Made by a program: the position numbers and the translations under genes
Assembly: GCA_044892505.1 (NCBI GenBank)
Contig: CM097884.1
Coordinates: 152,706,001 to 152,770,000 of the forward strand
Origin: Schmidtea nova
Taxonomy: Eukaryota
Length of the DNA stretch: 64,000 bases
Direction of reading: 5' to 3'
The notes under the pieces: generated by a model
The model's input: the letters and a program-made list of their open reading frames with translations, nothing else
Databases searched by the model: none
What the model was told of the DNA's origin: nothing
Part shown: piece after piece, positions 16,039 to 31,000 of the stretch
How positions within the stretch are numbered: the first letter of the stretch is position 1
Layout of the letters: every line of letters begins with the position of its first letter

Positions 16039-19000
16039 GAAGTCGGCAAATTAGATCCGTACCTTCGGTAAAAGGATTACCTCTAAGGACCGGGTATGAT
16101 GGGCTTAGTTAAGAAGTCAGTTGGTATAGAATTGAGCTGTTTTGATGCTGTTTTGAGGCAACTTGAAATGGTGTTGAGATGGTACTTTTTTAACTGGTTG
16201 ATGGGAGAATTTTGCTTTGGTTGTTGGTCTTCGGATTGACGATCGTCGTTGTACACTAAACGGTCAACTTAGAACTGGCACGGACTAATTCGATCTGAAC
16301 CTCAAATAAAATTATTGGCTCTAGAGACGCGGCGATGTGGATTAACAGGTTTAACGGATCTGTAATGAACCTAGGCGTCAATCTAGAAGTGGTCCGGATT
16401 AGTAAATTTGATTGTATAGTAAAACTGCAAGGGACCTAGTGAGCCTGAGTGGTTAGAGCTATAATATCCCTTTTAATGTCTTATGCGTCTCCTCGGAGGC
16501 TATCTTCTCATGGGACTCCGGATATTATAGTATGTTCTTTGGCTACGGGAATTAGCTTGAGAACAGCAATCAGATTTTTGCCAAAATGTGTCTACTAATG
16601 TATCCGCCATCTGCCGACGTCAAAGTTGGCCGGATATTTGCAGTGATACCGCTCTTGGCACCTTTAAGTACGGTATAGTACTGTTAGTGCACGAAGAGAA
16701 ATCGCAATTACGGGCCTCCACGGGGTGCTTCCTGGTAACCATATTGTGTATGGGACAGAAGACGTATGCGGTGGTGTATTAGTTTAGGTTGAAAGGTCTA
16801 AAGGGAAACCTTACAAGATTGGACAATTTGAATTAATGCATTTCAGGTGGGTCAACGTGCTCACCGAGACAGATATCGACAGTCTTGTTGATAGTATCCA
16901 TGCACGGGGAGAGGTCGTAACCATTCCTAGACTCCTAGATTGGTATCTAAGGGGGTGGGTTGGCTTCTTCCAACTTTTCGGATGTGAGACACCTGGTGGT
17001 CCTTCGGGGCTGCCCTTTTATGTGTATCACTATGAGTAAAAGTGTGCAAGGCTGAACTGAGTGTACATAGTACGGAGAAAAACCGGGTGTACATTTGGGT
17101 TAAACTCTGATAAGGGAGGATCCCTGCCAATCCTGGGTGGGAAAAGCGGGTGAAGCATTCAATTCAACTCCGTACCTATAAGGACGGTCTGAAACGAAGC
17201 CTGTGCTTTAATCAGGAAAATAAAACTCCAGGTTAATAGCCCGTTTTACTTTATCAATGAGTTTCTCTAGCCATATGCCTCGACTGACAAAAATGATTCT
17301 ATACAAAAGATTGACAAAACATTTTTCTATACAAAAGACCGACATAAAATTCTCTATTCAAAATAACCAGAAGTCGGCAAATTAGATCCGTAACTTCGGT
17401 AAAAGGATTGGCTCTAAGGACCGGGTATGATGGGCTTAGTTAAGAAGTCAGTTGGTATAGAATTGAGCTGTTTTGATGCTGTTTTGAGGCAACTTGAAAT
17501 GGTGTTGAGATGGTACTTTTTTAACTGGTTGATGGGCGAATTTTGCTTTGGTTGTTGGTCTTCGGATTGATGATCGTCGTTGTACACTAAACGGTCAACT
17601 TAGAACTGGCACGGACTAATTCGATCTGGACCTCAAATAAAATTATTGGCTCTAGAGACGTGCCGATGTGGATTTACAGGTTTAACGGATCTGTAATGAA
17701 CCTATGCGTCAGTCTAGAAGTGGTCCGGATTAGTTAATTTGATTGTATAGTAAAACTGCAAGGGACCTAGTGAGCCTGAGTGGTTAGAGCTATAATATCC
17801 CTTTTAATGTCTTATGCGTCTCTTTGGAGGCTATCTTCTCATGGGACTCCGGATATTATAGTATGTTTTTTGGCTACAGGAATTAGCTTTAGAACAGCAA
17901 TCAGATTTTTGCCAAAATGTGTCTACTAATGTATCCGCCATCTGCCGACGTCAAAGTTGGCCGGATATTTGCAGTGATACTGCTCTTGGCACCTTTAAGT
18001 ACAGTATAGTACTGTTAGTGCATGAAGAGAAATCGCAATTACGGGCCTCCACGGGGTGCTTCCTGGTAACCATATTGTGTATGGGACAGAAGACGTATGC
18101 GGTGGTGTATTAGTTTAAGTTGAAAGGTCTAAAGGGAAACCTTACAAGATTGGACAATTTGAATTAATGCATTTCAGGTGGGTCAACGTGCTCACCGAGA
18201 TGGATATCGACAGTCTTGTTGATAGTATCCATGCACGGGGAGAGGTCGTAACCATTCCTATGCTCCTAGATGGTACCGAAGGGGGTGGGTTGGCTTCTTC
18301 CAACTTTTTGGGTGTGAGACACTTGGTGGTCCTTCGGGGCTGCCCTTTTTATGTGTATCACTATGAGTAAAAGTGTGCAAGGCTGAACTGAGTGTACATA
18401 GTACGGAGAAAAACCGGGTGTACATTTGGGTTAAACTCTGATAAGGGAGGATCCCTGCCAATCCTGGGTGGGAAAAGCGGGTGAAGCATTCAATTCAACT
18501 CCGTACCTATAAGGACGGTCTGAAACGAAGCCTGTGCTTTAATCAGGAAAATAAAACTCCAGGTTAATAGCCCGTTTTACTTTATCAATGAGTTTCTCTA
18601 GCCATATGCCTCGACTGACAAAAATGATTCTATACAAAAGATTGACAAAACATTTTTCTATACAAAAGACCGACATAAAATTCTCTATTCAAAATAACCA
18701 GAAGTCGGCAAATTAGATCCGTAACTTCGGTAAAAGGATTGGCTCTAAGGACCGGGTATGATGGGCTTAGTTAAGAAGTCAGTTGGTATAGAATTGAGCT
18801 GTTTTGATGCTGTTTTGAGGCAACTTGAAATGGTGTTGAGATGGTACTTTTTTAACTGGTTGATGGGCGAATTTTGCTTTGGTTGTTGGTCTTCGGATTG
18901 ATGATCGTCGTTGTACACTAAACGGTCAACTTAGAACTGGCACGGACTAATTCGATCTGGACCTCAAATAAAATTATTGGCTCTAGAGACGTGCCGATGT

Positions 19001-22000
19001 GGATTTACAGGTTTAACGGATCTGTAATGAACCTATGCGTCAGTCTAGAAGTGGTCCGGATTAGTTAATTTGATTGTATAGTAAAACTGCAAGGGACCTA
19101 GTGAGCCTGAGTGGTTAGAGCTATAATATCCCTTTTAATGTCTTATGCGTCTCTTTGGAGGCTATCTTCTCATGGGACTCCGGATATTATAGTATGTTTT
19201 TTGGCTACAGGAATTAGCTTTAGAACAGCAATCAGATTTTTGCCAAAATGTGTCTACTAATGTATCCGCCATCTGCCGACGTCAAAGTTGGCCAGATATT
19301 TGCAGTGATACTGCTCTTGGCACCTTTAAGTACAGTATAGTACTGTTAGTGCATGAAGAGAAATCGCAATTACGGGCCTCCACGGGGTGCTTCCTGGTAA
19401 CCATATTGTGTATGGGACAGAAGACGTATGCGGTGGTGTATTAGTTTAAGTTGAAAGGTCTAAAGGGAAACCTTACAAGATTGGACAATTTGAATTAATG
19501 CATTTCAGGTGGGTCAACGTGCTCACCGAGATGGATATCGACAGTCTTGTTGATAGTATCCATGCACGGGGAGAGGTCGTAACCATTCCTAGGCTCCTAG
19601 ATGGTACCGAAGGGGGTGGGTTGGCTTCTTCCAACTTTTTGGGTGTGAGACACTTGGTGGTCCTTCGGGGCTGCCCTTTTTATGTGTATCACTATGAGTA
19701 AAAGTGTGCAAGGCTGAACTGAGTGTACATAGTACGGAGAAAAACCGGGTGTACATTTGGGTTAAACTCTGATAAGGAAGGATCCCTGCCAATCCTGGGT
19801 GGGAAAAGCGGGTGAAGCATTCAATTCAACTCCGTACCTATAAGGACGGTCTGAAACGAAGCCTGTGCTTTAATCAGGAAAATAAAACTCCAGGTTAATA
19901 GCCCGTTTTACTTTATCATATGAGTTTCTCTAGCCATATGCCTCGACTGACAAAAATGATTCTATACAAAAGATTGACAAAAAATTTTTCTATACAAAAG
20001 ACCGACATAAAATTCTCTATTCAAAATAACCAGAACAAAAATCCTATTCAAAAATACCAGATCAAAAATCACTGTACAAAATTTCAGAGTCCCTTTTTGC
20101 CCGAGAAAAAAATCTAGGAGTAGAAAATCCTATTCAAAAGATTGACAAAAATTTCCTATACAAAAGATCGACCCAAAAACATAGTGGCTCCCCAACCCAC
20201 CTGTACAAAAGACCGACAAAATTTTCCTAATGTAGGTAAAAATGTAGGTCAAAATGTAGGTAAGGGAAGTCGGCAAATTAGATCCGTACCTTCGGTAAAA
20301 GGATTGGCTCTAAGGACCGGGTATGATGGGCTTAGTTAAGAAGTCAGTTGGTATAGAATTGAGCTGTTTTGATGCTGTTTTGAGGCAACTTGAAATGGTG
20401 TTGAGATGGTACTTTTTTAACTGGTTGATGGGGGAATTTTGCTTTGGTTGTTGGTCTTCTGATTGACGATCGTCGTTGTACACTAAACGGTCAACTTAGA
20501 ACTGGCACGGACTAATTCGATCTGGACCTCAAATAAACTTATTGGCTCTAGAGACGCGGCGATGTGGATTTACAGGTTTAACGGATCTGTAATGAACCTA
20601 GGCGTCAATCTAGAAGTGGTCCGGATTAGTAAATTTGATTGTATAGTAAAACTGCAAGGGACCTAGTGAGCCTGAGTGGTTAGAGCTATAATATCCCTTT
20701 TAATGTCTTATGCGTCTCTTTGGAGGCTATCTTCTCATGGGACTCCGGATATTATAGTATGTTCTTTGGCTACGGGAATTAGCTTGAGAACAGCAATCAG
20801 ATTTTTGCCAAAATGTGTCTACTAATGTATCCTACATCTGCCGACGTCAAATTTGGCCGGATATTTGCAGTGATACCGCTCTTGGCACCTTTAGGTACGG
20901 TAAAGTACTGTTAGTGCACGAAGAGAAATCGCAATTACGGGCCTCCACGGGGTGCTTCCTGGTAACCATATTGTGTATGGGACAGAAGACGTATGCGGTG
21001 ATGTATTAGTTTAGGTTGAAAGGTCTAAAGGGAAACCTTACAAGATTGGACAATTTGAATTAATGCATTTCAGGTGGGTCAACGTGCTCACCGAGACAGA
21101 TATCGACAGTCTCGTTGATAGTATCCATGCAAGGGGAGAGGTCGTAACCATTCCTAGACTCCTAGATTGGTATCTAAGGGGGTGGGTTGGCTTCTTCCAA
21201 CTTTTCGGATGTGAGACACCTGGTGGTCCTTCGGGGCTGCCCTTTTATGTGTATCACTATGAGTAAAAGTGTGCAAGGCTGAACTGAGTGTACATAGTAC
21301 GGAGAAAAACCGGGTGTAAATTTGGGTTAAACTCTGATAAGGGAGGATCCCTGCCAATCCTGGGTGGGAAAAGCGGGTAAAGCATTCAATTCAACTCCGT
21401 ACCTATAAGGACGGTCTGAAACGAAGCCTGTGCTTTAATCAGGAAAATAAAACTCCAGGTTAATAGCCCGTTTTACTTTATCAATGAGTTTCTCTAGCCA
21501 TATGCCTCGACTGACAAAAATGATTCTATACAAAAGATTGACAAAAAATTTTTCTATACAAAAGACCGACATAAAATTCTCTATTTAAAATAACCAGAAG
21601 TCGGCAAATTAGATCCGTACCTTCGGTAAAAGGATTGGCTCTAAGGACCGGGTATGATGGGCTTAGTTAAGAAGTCAGTTGGTATAGAATTGAGCTGTTT
21701 TGATGCTGTTTTGAGGCAACTTGAAATGGTGTTGAGATGGTACTTTTTTAACTGGTTGATGGGCGAATTTTGCTTTGGTTGTTGGTCTTCGGATTGATGA
21801 TCGTCGTTGTACACTAAACGGTCAACTTAGAACTGGCACGGACTAATTCGATCTGGACCTCAAATAAAATTCTTGGCTCTAGAGACGTGCCGATGTGGAT
21901 ATACAGGTTTAACGGATCTGTAATGAACATATGCGTCAATCTAGAAGTGGTCCGGATTAGTAAATTTGATTGTATAGTAAAACTGCAAGGGACCTAGTGA

Positions 22001-25000
22001 GCCTGAGTGGTTAGAGCTATAATATCCCTTTTAATGTCTTATGCGTCTCTTTGGAGGCTATCTTCTCATGGGGCTCCGGATATTATAGTATGTTTTTTGG
22101 CTACAGGAATTAGCTTTAGAACAGCAATCAGAGTTTTGCCAAAATGTGTCTACTAATGTATCCGACATCTGCCGACGTCAAAGTTGGCCGGATATTTGCA
22201 GTGATACCGCTCTTGGCACATTTAAGTACGGTATAGTACTGTTGGTGCATGAAGAGAAATCGCAATTACGGGCCTCCACGGGGTGCTTCCTGGTAACTAT
22301 ATTGTGTATGGGACAGAAGACGTATGCGGTGGTGTATTAGTTTAAGTTGAAAGGTCTAAAGGGAAACCTTACAAGATTGGACAATTTGAATTAATGCATT
22401 TCAGGTGGGTCAACGTGCTCACCGAGATGGATATCGACAGTCTTGTTGATAGTATCCATGCACGGGGAGAGGTCGTAACCATTCCTAGGCTCCTAGATGG
22501 TACCGAAGGGGGTGGGTTGGCTTCTTCCAACTTTTTGGGTGTGAGACACTTGGTGGTCCTTCGGGGCTGCCCTTTTTATGTGTATCACTATGAGTAAAAG
22601 TGTGCAAGGCTGAACTGAGTGTACATAGTACGGAGAAAAACCGGGTGTACATTTGGGTTAAACTCTGATAAGGGAGGATCCCTGCCAATCCTGGGTGGGA
22701 AAAGCGGGTGAAGCATTCAATTCAACTCCGTACCTATAAGGACGGTCTGAAACGAAGCCTGTGCTTTAATCAGGAAAATAAAACTCCAGGTTAATAGCCC
22801 GTTTTACTTTATCAATGAGTTTCTCTAGCCATATGCCTCGACTGACAAAAATGATTCTATACAAAAGATTGACAAAAAATTTTTCTATACAAAAGACCGA
22901 CATAAAATTCTCTATTCAAAATAACCAGAACAAAAATCCTATTCAAAAATACCAGATCAAAAATCACTGTACAAAATTTCAGAGTCCCTTTTTGCCCGAG
23001 AAAAAAATCTAGGAGTAGAAAATCCTATTCAAAAGATTGACAAAAATTTCCTATACAAAAGATCGACCCAAAAACATAGTGGCTCCCCAACCCACCTGTA
23101 CAAAAGACCGACAAAATTTTCCTAATGTATGTAAAAATGTAGGTCAAAATGTAGGTAAGGGAAGTCGGCAAATTAGATCCGTACCTTCGGTAAAAGGATT
23201 GGCTCTAAGGACCGGGTATGATGGGCTTAGTTAAGAAGTCAGTTGGTATAGAATTGAGCTGTTTTGATGCTGTTTTGAGGCAACTTAAAATGGTGTTGAG
23301 ATGGTACTTTTTTAACTGGTTGATGGGAGAATTTTGCTTTGGTTGTTGGTCTTCGGATTGACGATCGTCGTTGTACACTAAACGGTCAACTTAGAACTGG
23401 CACGGACTAATTCGATCTGGACCTCAAATAAAAATATTGGCTCTAGAGACGCGGCGATGTGGATTTACAGGTTTAACGGATCTGTAATGAACCTAGGCGT
23501 CAATCTAGAAGTGGTCCGGATTAGTAAATTTGATTGTATAGTAAAACTGCAAGGGACCTAGTGAGCCTGAGTGGTTAGAGCTATAATATCCCTTTTAATG
23601 TCTTATGCGTCTCTTTGGAAGCTATCTTCTCATGGGGCTCCGGATATTATAGTATGTTTTTTGGCTACGGGAATTAGCTTGAGAACAGCAATCAGATTTT
23701 TGCCAAAATGTGTCTATTAATGTATCCGACATCTGCTGACGTCAAAGTTGGCCGGATATTTGCAGTGATACCGCTCTTGGCACCTTTAAGTACGGTATAG
23801 TACTGTTGGTGCATGAGGAGAAATCGCAATTACGAGCCTCCACGGGGTGCTTCCTGGTAACCATATTGTGTATGGGACAGAAGACGTATGCGGTGGTGTA
23901 TTAGTTTAAGTTGAAAGGTCTAAAGGGAAACCTTACAAGATTGGACAATTTGAATTATTGCATTTCAGGTGGGTCAACGTGCTCACCGAGACAGATATCG
24001 ACAGTCTTGTTGATAGTATCCATGCACGGGGAGAGGTCGTAACCATTCCTAGACTCCTAGATTGGTATCTAAGGGGGTGGGTTGGCTTCTTCCAACTTTT
24101 CGGATGTGAGACACCTGGTGGTCCTTTGGGGCTGCCCTTTTATGTGTATCACTATGAGTAAAAGTGTGCAAGGCTGAACTGAGTGTACATAGTACGGAGA
24201 AATACCGGGTGTACATTTGGGTTAAACTCTGATAAGGGAGGATCCCTGCCAATCCTGGGTGGGAAAAGCGGGTGAAGCATTCAATTCAACTCCGTACCTA
24301 TAAGGACGGTCTGAAACGAAGCCTGTGCTTTAATCAGGAAAATAAAACTCCAGGTTAATAGCCCGTTTTACTTTATCAATGAGTTTCTCTAGCCATATGC
24401 CTCGACTGACAAAAATGATTCTATACAAAAGATTGACAAAAAATATTCTATACAAAAGACCGACATAAAATTCTCTATTCAAAATAACCAGAAGTCGGCA
24501 AATTAGATCCGTACCTTCGTTAAAAGGATTGGCTCTAAGGACCGGGTATGATGGGCTTAGTTAAGAAGTCAGTTGGTATAGAATTGAGCTGTTTTGATGC
24601 TGTTTTGAGGCAACTTGAAATGGTGTTGAGATGGTACTTTTTTAACTGGTTGATGGGCGAATTTTGCTTTGGTTGTTGGTCTTCGGATTGATGATCGTCG
24701 TTGTACACTAAACAGTCAACTTAGAACTGGCACGGACTAATTCGATCTGGACCTCAAATAAAATTATTGGCTCTAGAGAGGTGCCGATGTGCATTTACAG
24801 GTTTAACGGATCTGTAATGAACCTATGCGTCAATCTAGAAGTGGTCCGGATTAGTAAATTTGATTGTATAGTAAAACTGCAAGGGACCTAGTGAGCCTGA
24901 GTGGTTAGAGCTATAATATCCCTTTTAATGTCTTATGCGTCTCCTCGGAGGCTATCTTCTCATGGGACTCCGGATATTATAGTATGTTCTTTGGCTACGG

Positions 25001-28000
25001 GAATTAGCTTGAGAACAGCAATCAGATTTTTGCCAAAATGTGTCTACCAATGTATCCGACATCTGCCGACGTCAAAGTTGGCCGGATATTTGCAGTGATA
25101 CCGCTCTTGGCACCTTTAAGTACGGTATAGTACTGTTAGTGCACGAAGAGAAATCGCAATTACGGGCCTCCACGGGGTGCTTCCTGGTAACCATATTGTG
25201 TATGGGACAGAAGACGTATGCGGTGGTGTATTAGTTTAGGTTGAAAGGTCTAAAGGGAAACCTTACAAGATTGGACAATTTGAATTAATGCATTCCAGGT
25301 GGGTCAACGTGCTCACCGAGACAGATATCGACAGTCTTGTTGATAGTATCCATGCACGGGGAGAGGTCGTAACCATTCCTAGACTCCTAGATTGGTATCT
25401 AAGGGGGTGAGTTGGCTTCTTCCAACTTTTCGGATGTGAGACACCTGGTGGTCCTTCGGGGCTGCCCTTTTATGTGTATCACTATGAGTAAAAGTGTGCA
25501 AGGCTGAACTGAGTGTACATAGTACGGAGAAAAACCGGGTGTACATTTGGGTTAAACTCTGATAAGGGAGGATCCCTGCCAATCCTGGGTGGGAAAAGCG
25601 GGTGAAGCATTCAATTCAACTCCGTACCTATAAGGACGGTCTGAAACGAAGCCTGTGCTTTAATCAGGAAAATAAAACTCCAGGTTAATAGCCCGTTTTA
25701 CTTTATCAATGAGTTTCTATAGCCATATGCCTCGACTGACAAAAATGATTCTATACAAAAGATTGACAAAACATTTTTCTATACAAAAGACCGACATAAA
25801 ATTCTCTATTCAAAATAACCAGAAGTCGGCAAATTAGATCCGTAACTTCGGTAAAAGGATTGGCTCTAAGGACCGGGTATGATGGGCTTAGTTAAGAAGT
25901 CAGTTGGTATAGAATTGAGCTGTTTTGATGCTGTTTTGAGGCAACTTGAAATGGTGTTGAGATGGTACTTTTTTAACTGGTTGATGGGCGAATTTTGCTT
26001 TGGTTGTTGGTCTTCGGATTGATGATCGTCGTTGTACACTAAACGGTCAACTTAGAACTGGCACGGACTAATTCGATCTGGACCTCAAATAAAATTATTG
26101 GCTCTAGAGACGTGCCGATGTGGATTTACAGGTTTAACGGATCTGTAATGAACCTATGCGTCAGTCTAGAAGTGGTCCGGATTAGTTAATTTGATTGTAT
26201 AGTAAAACTGCAAGGGACCTAGTGAGCCTGAGTGGTTAGAGCTATAATATCCCTTTTAATGTCTTATGCGTCTCTTTGGAGGCTATCTTCTCATGGGACT
26301 CCGGATATTATAGTATGTTTTTTGGCTACAGGAATTAGCTTTAGAACAGCAATCAGATTTTTGCCAAAATGTGTCTACTAATGTATCCGCCATCTGCCGA
26401 CGTCAAAGTTGGCCGGATATTTGCAGTGATACTGCTCTTGGCACCTTTAAGTACAGTATAGTACTGTTAGTGCATGAAGAGAAATCGCAATTACGGGCCT
26501 CCACGGGGTGCTTCCTGGTAACCATATTGTGTATGGGACAGAAGACGTATGCGGTGGTGTATTAGTTTAAGTTGAAAGGTCTAAAGGGAAACCTTACAAG
26601 ATTGGACAATTTGAATTAATGCATTTCAGGTGGGTCAACGTGCTCACCGAGATGGATATCGACAGTCTTGTTGATAGTATCCATGCACGGGGAGAGGTCG
26701 TAACCATTCCTAGGCTCCTAGATGGTACCGAAGGGGGTGGGTTGGCTTCTTCCAACTTTTTGGGTGTGAGACACTTGGTGGTCCTTCGGGGCTGCCCTTT
26801 TTATGTGTATCACTATGAGTAAAAGTGTGCAAGGCTGAACTGAGTGTACATAGTACGGAGAAAAACCGGGTGTACATTTGGGTTAAACTCTGATAAGGGA
26901 GGATCCCTGCCAATCCTGGGTGGGAAAAGCGGGTGAAGCATTCAATTCAACTCCGTACCTATAAGGACGGTCTGAAACGAAGCCTGTGCTTTAATCAGGA
27001 AAATAAAACTCCAGGTTAATAGCCCGTTTTACTTTATCAATGAGTTTCTCTAGCCATATGCCTCGACTGACAAAAATGATTCTATACAAAAGATTGACAA
27101 AACATTTTTCTATACAAAAGACCGACATAAAATTCTCTATTCAAAATAACCAGAAGTCGGCAAATTAGATCCGTAACTTCGGTAAAAGGATTGGCTCTAA
27201 GGACCGGGTATGATGGGCTTAGTTAAGAAGTCAGTTGGTATAGAATTGAGCTGTTTTGATGCTGTTTTGAGGCAACTTGAAATGGTGTTGAGATGGTACT
27301 TTTTTAACTGGTTGATGGGCGAATTTTGCTTTGGTTGTTGGTCTTCGGATTGATGATCGTCGTTGTACACTAAACGGTCAACTTAGAACTGGCACGGACT
27401 AATTCGATCTGGACCTCAAATAAAATTATTGGCTCTAGAGACGTGCCGATGTGGATTTACAGGTTTAACGGATCTGTAATGAACCTATGCGTCAGTCTAG
27501 AAGTGGTCCGGATTAGTTAATTTGATTGTATAGTAAAACTGCAAGGGACCTAGTGAGCCTGAGTGGTTAGAGCTATAATATCCCTTTTAATGTCTTATGC
27601 GTCTCTTTGGAGGCTATCTTCTCATGGGACTCCGGATATTATAGTATGTTTTTTGGCTACAGGAATTAGCTTTAGAACAGCAATCAGATTTTTGCCAAAA
27701 TGTGTCTACTAATGTATCCGCCATCTGCCGACGTCAAAGTTGGCCAGATATTTGCAGTGATACTGCTCTTGGCACCTTTAAGTACAGTATAGTACTGTTA
27801 GTGCATGAAGAGAAATCGCAATTACGGGCCTCCACGGGGTGCTTCCTGGTAACCATATTGTGTATGGGACAGAAGACGTATGCGGTGGTGTATTAGTTTA
27901 AGTTGAAAGGTCTAAAGGGAAACCTTACAAGATTGGACAATTTGAATTAATGCATTTCAGGTGGGTCAACGTGCTCATCGAGATGGATATCGACAGTCTT

Positions 28001-31000
28001 GTTGATAGTATCCATGCACGGGGAGAGGTCGTAACCATTCCTAGGCTCCTAGATGGTACCGAAGGGGGTGGGTTGGCTTCTTCCAACTTTTTGGGTGTGA
28101 GACACTTGGTGGTCCTTCGGGGCTGCCCTTTTTATGTGTATCACTATGAGTAAAAGTGTGCAAGGCTGAACTGAGTGTACATAGTACGGAGAAAAACCGG
28201 GTGTACATTTGGGTTAAACTCTGATAAGGAAGGATCCCTGCCAATCCTGGGTGGGAAAAGCGGGTGAAGCATTCAATTCAACTCCGTACCTATAAGGACG
28301 GTCTGAAACGAAGCCTGTGCTTTAATCAGGAAAATAAAACTCCAGGTTAATAGCCCGTTTTACTTTATCAATGAGTTTCTCTAGCCATATGCCTCGACTG
28401 ACAAAAATGATTCTATACAAAAGATTGACAAAAAATTTTTCTATACAAAAGACCGACATAAAATTCTCTATTCAAAATAACCAGAACAAAAATCCTATTC
28501 AAAAATACCAGATCAAAAATCACTGTACAAAATTTCAGAGTCCCTTTTTGCCCGAGAAAAAAATCTAGGAGTAGAAAATCCTATTCAAAAGATTGACAAA
28601 AATTTCCTATACAAAAGATCGACCCAAAAACATAGTGGCTCCCCGACCCACCTGTACAAAAGACCGACAAAATTTTCCTAATGTAGGTAAAAATGTAGGT
28701 CAAAATGTAGGTAAGGGAAGTCGGCAAATTAGATCCGTACCTTCGGTAAAAGGATTGGCTCTAAGGACCGGGTATGATGGGCTTAGTTAAGAAGTCAGTT
28801 GGTATAGAATTGAGCTGTTTTGATGCTGTTTTGAGGCAACTTGAAATGGTGTTGAGATGGTACTTTTTTAACTGGTTGATGGGGGAATTTTGCTTTGGTT
28901 GTTGGTCTTCTGATTGACGATCGTCGTTGTACACTAAACGGTCAACTTAGAACTGGCACGGACTAATTCGATCTGGACCTCAAATAAACTTATTGGCTCT
29001 AGAGACGCGGCGATGTGGATTTACAGGTTTAACGGATCTGTAATGAACCTAGGCGTCAATCTAGAAGTGGTCCGGATTAGTTAATTTGATTGTATAGTAA
29101 AACTGCAAGGGACCTAGTGAGCCTGAGTGGTTAGAGCTATAGTTTCCCTTTTAATGTCTTATGCGTCTCTTTGGAGGCTATCTTCTCATGGGACTCCGGA
29201 TATTATAGTATGTTCTTTGGCTACGGGAATTAGCTTGAGAACAGCAATCAGATTTTTGCCAAAATGTGTCTACTAATGTATCCTACATCTGCCGACGTCA
29301 AATTTGGCCGGATATTTGCAGTGATACCGCTCTTGGCACCTTTAGGTACGGTAAAGTACTGTTAGTGCACGAAGAGAAATCGCAATTACGGGCCTCCACG
29401 GGGTGCTTCCTGGTAACCATATTGTGTATGGGACAGAAGACGTATGCGGTGATGTATTAGTTTAGGTTGAAAGGTCTAAAGGGAAACCTTACAAGATTGG
29501 ACAATTTGAATTAATGCATTTCAGGTGGGTCAACGTGCTCACCGAGACAGATATCGACAGTCTCGTTGATAGTATCCATGCAAGGGGAGAGGTCGTAACC
29601 ATTCCTAGACTCCTAGATTGGTATCTAAGGGGGTGGGTTGGCTTCTTCCAACTTTTCGGATGTGAGACACCTGGTGGTCCTTCGGGGCTGCCCTTTTATG
29701 TGTATCACTATGAGTAAAAGTGTGCAAGGCTGAACTGAGTGTACATAGTACGGAGAAAAACCGGGTGTAAATTTGGGTTAAACTCTGATAAGGGAGGATC
29801 CCTGCCAATCCTGGGTGGGAAAAGCGGGTAAAGCATTCAATTCAACTCCGTACCTATAAGGACGGTCTGAAACGAAGCCTGTGCTTTAATCAGGAAAATA
29901 AAACTCCAGGTTAATAGCCCGTTTTACTTTATCAATGAGTTTCTCTAGCCATATGCCTCGACTGACAAAAATGATTCTATACAAAAGATTGACAAAAAAT
30001 TTTTCTATACAAAAGACCGACATAAAATTCTCTATTTAAAATAACCAGAAGTCGGCAAATTAGATCCGTACCTTCGGTAAAAGGATTGGCTCTAAGGACC
30101 GGGTATGATGGGCTTAGTTAAGAAGTCAGTTGGTATAGAATTGAGCTGTTTTGATGCTGTTTTGAGGCAACTTGAAATGGTGTTGAGATGGTACTTTTTT
30201 AACTGGTTGATGGGCGAATTTTGCTTTGGTTGTTGGTCTTCGGATTGATGATCGTCGTTGTACACTAAACGGTCAACTTAGAACTGGCACGGACTAATTC
30301 GATCTGGACCTCAAATAAAATTCTTGGCTCTAGAGACGTGCCGATGTGGATATACAGGTTTAACGGATCTGTAATGAACATATGCGTCAATCTAGAAGTG
30401 GTCCGGATTAGTAAATTTGATTGTATAGTAAAACTGCAAGGGACCTAGTGAGCCTGAGTGGTTAGAGCTATAATATCCCTTTTAATGTCTTATGCGTCTC
30501 TTTGGAGGCTATCTTCTCATGGGGCTCCGGATATTATAGTATGTTTTTTGGCTACAGGAATTAGCTTTAGAACAGCAATCAGAGTTTTGCCAAAATGTGT
30601 CTACTAATGTATCCGACATCTGCCGACGTCAAAGTTGGCCGGATATTTGCAGTGATACCGCTCTTGGCACATTTAAGTACGGTATAGTACTGTTGGTGCA
30701 TGAAGAGAAATCGCAATTACGGGCCTCCACGGGGTGCTTCCTGGTAACTATATTGTGTATGGGACAGAAGACGTATGCGGTGGTGTATTAGTTTAAGTTG
30801 AAAGGTCTAAAGGGAAACCTTACAAGATTGGACAATTTGAATTAATGCATTTCAGGTGGGTCAACGTGCTCACCGAGATGGATATCGACAGTCTTGTTGA
30901 TAGTATCCATGCACGGGGAGAGGTCGTAACCATTCCTAGGCTCCTAGATGGTACCGAAGGGGGTGGGTTGGCTTCTTCCAACTTTTTGGGTGTGAGACAC

